DNA of 63,895 bases, counting the filler, from Reticulomyxa filosa (Eukaryota; Protista; Foraminifera), in assembly GCA_000512085.1 (NCBI GenBank). It is 26 parts of 26 records of this genome, joined end to end, with 100 filler letters (N's around TTAATTAATTAA, not from the genome) between each part and the next. Parts side by side here need not be neighbours in the genome. Positions count along the whole stretch, not along the records: positions 62,760 to 63,895 come from ASPP01011757.1; 25 more parts are not named here. One strand, written 5' to 3'. The notes below the pieces were generated by a model. It made no database searches, was not told the DNA's origin, and saw only the letters and a program-made list of their open reading frames with translations. Shown here one piece after another: positions 63,889 to 63,895 of the stretch; the stretch's first letter is position 1; every line of letters starts with the position of its first letter. The translations under genes and the position numbers were made by a program.

Positions 63889-63895
63889 GTTATTA
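62824..63895 (-). CDS. TPR-repeat protein (STI1/HOP TPR2A-like block) with poly-Asn, 3' part
   Basis: EKRKGNQCYSKGQYHDALLCYKKA..AYLVNQAVTY..CIQAIEIGR..AKAF..FYRLSLTEY. (AAT)n lies at 63830-63895; the last exon is 63087-62824. Confidence 0.75.

Noticed and set aside
1-63895. Non-standard genetic code explaining in-frame stops
   Set aside because: Conserved genes translate cleanly with the standard code and end in TAA, TGA or similar normal stops; internal stops co-occur with frameshifts.

Overview
This window is not one locus. It is 26 short contigs joined by 25 artificial 100-bp spacers (44 N + TTAATTAATTAA + 44 N), so adjacency is only meaningful within a contig. The DNA is AT-rich and eukaryotic, with short GT-AG introns full of poly-A/T and (TA)n. 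The expanded WD40, Kelch and caspase-like families, plus the N-terminal motif 'LGWIxxFDKII', point to a foraminiferan such as Reticulomyxa filosa (inference). Recognisable genes, mostly partial: RAD23, CLEC16A/FPL, methylcrotonyl-CoA carboxylase alpha, a UBR1-type RING E3, a UFD2-like protein, a RasGEF, a GT77 glycosyltransferase, an Aha1_N protein, and TPR, Kelch, MFS-like, DUF3712-like and WD40 proteins. There are many pseudogenes (Ras, TPP1, WD40, LINEs). Highlights: (1) a decayed endogenous Polinton/adintovirus-like segment (about 16.19-20.18 kb) with a TP-OTU-ZnF-pPolB gene lacking its exonuclease and interrupted by a Tc1/mariner MITE; (2) a long-TIR, TA-targeting MITE family present in up to six contigs; (3) a tandem pair of integrin-like adhesion genes (EGF/FN3-like/Calx-beta/TM followed by a signal-peptide + MIDAS VWA gene); (4) candidate innate-immunity parts: a spliced Kelch-PB1-like-caspase-like fusion and an intronless NACHT-type/pentapeptide/17xWD40 protein; (5) a catalytically eroded RelA/SpoT-like domain; (6) a ~650-aa DTPKV hexapeptide-repeat protein on the minus strand that the ORF track mostly misses. 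All family assignments come from motif recognition by eye; no searches were run.
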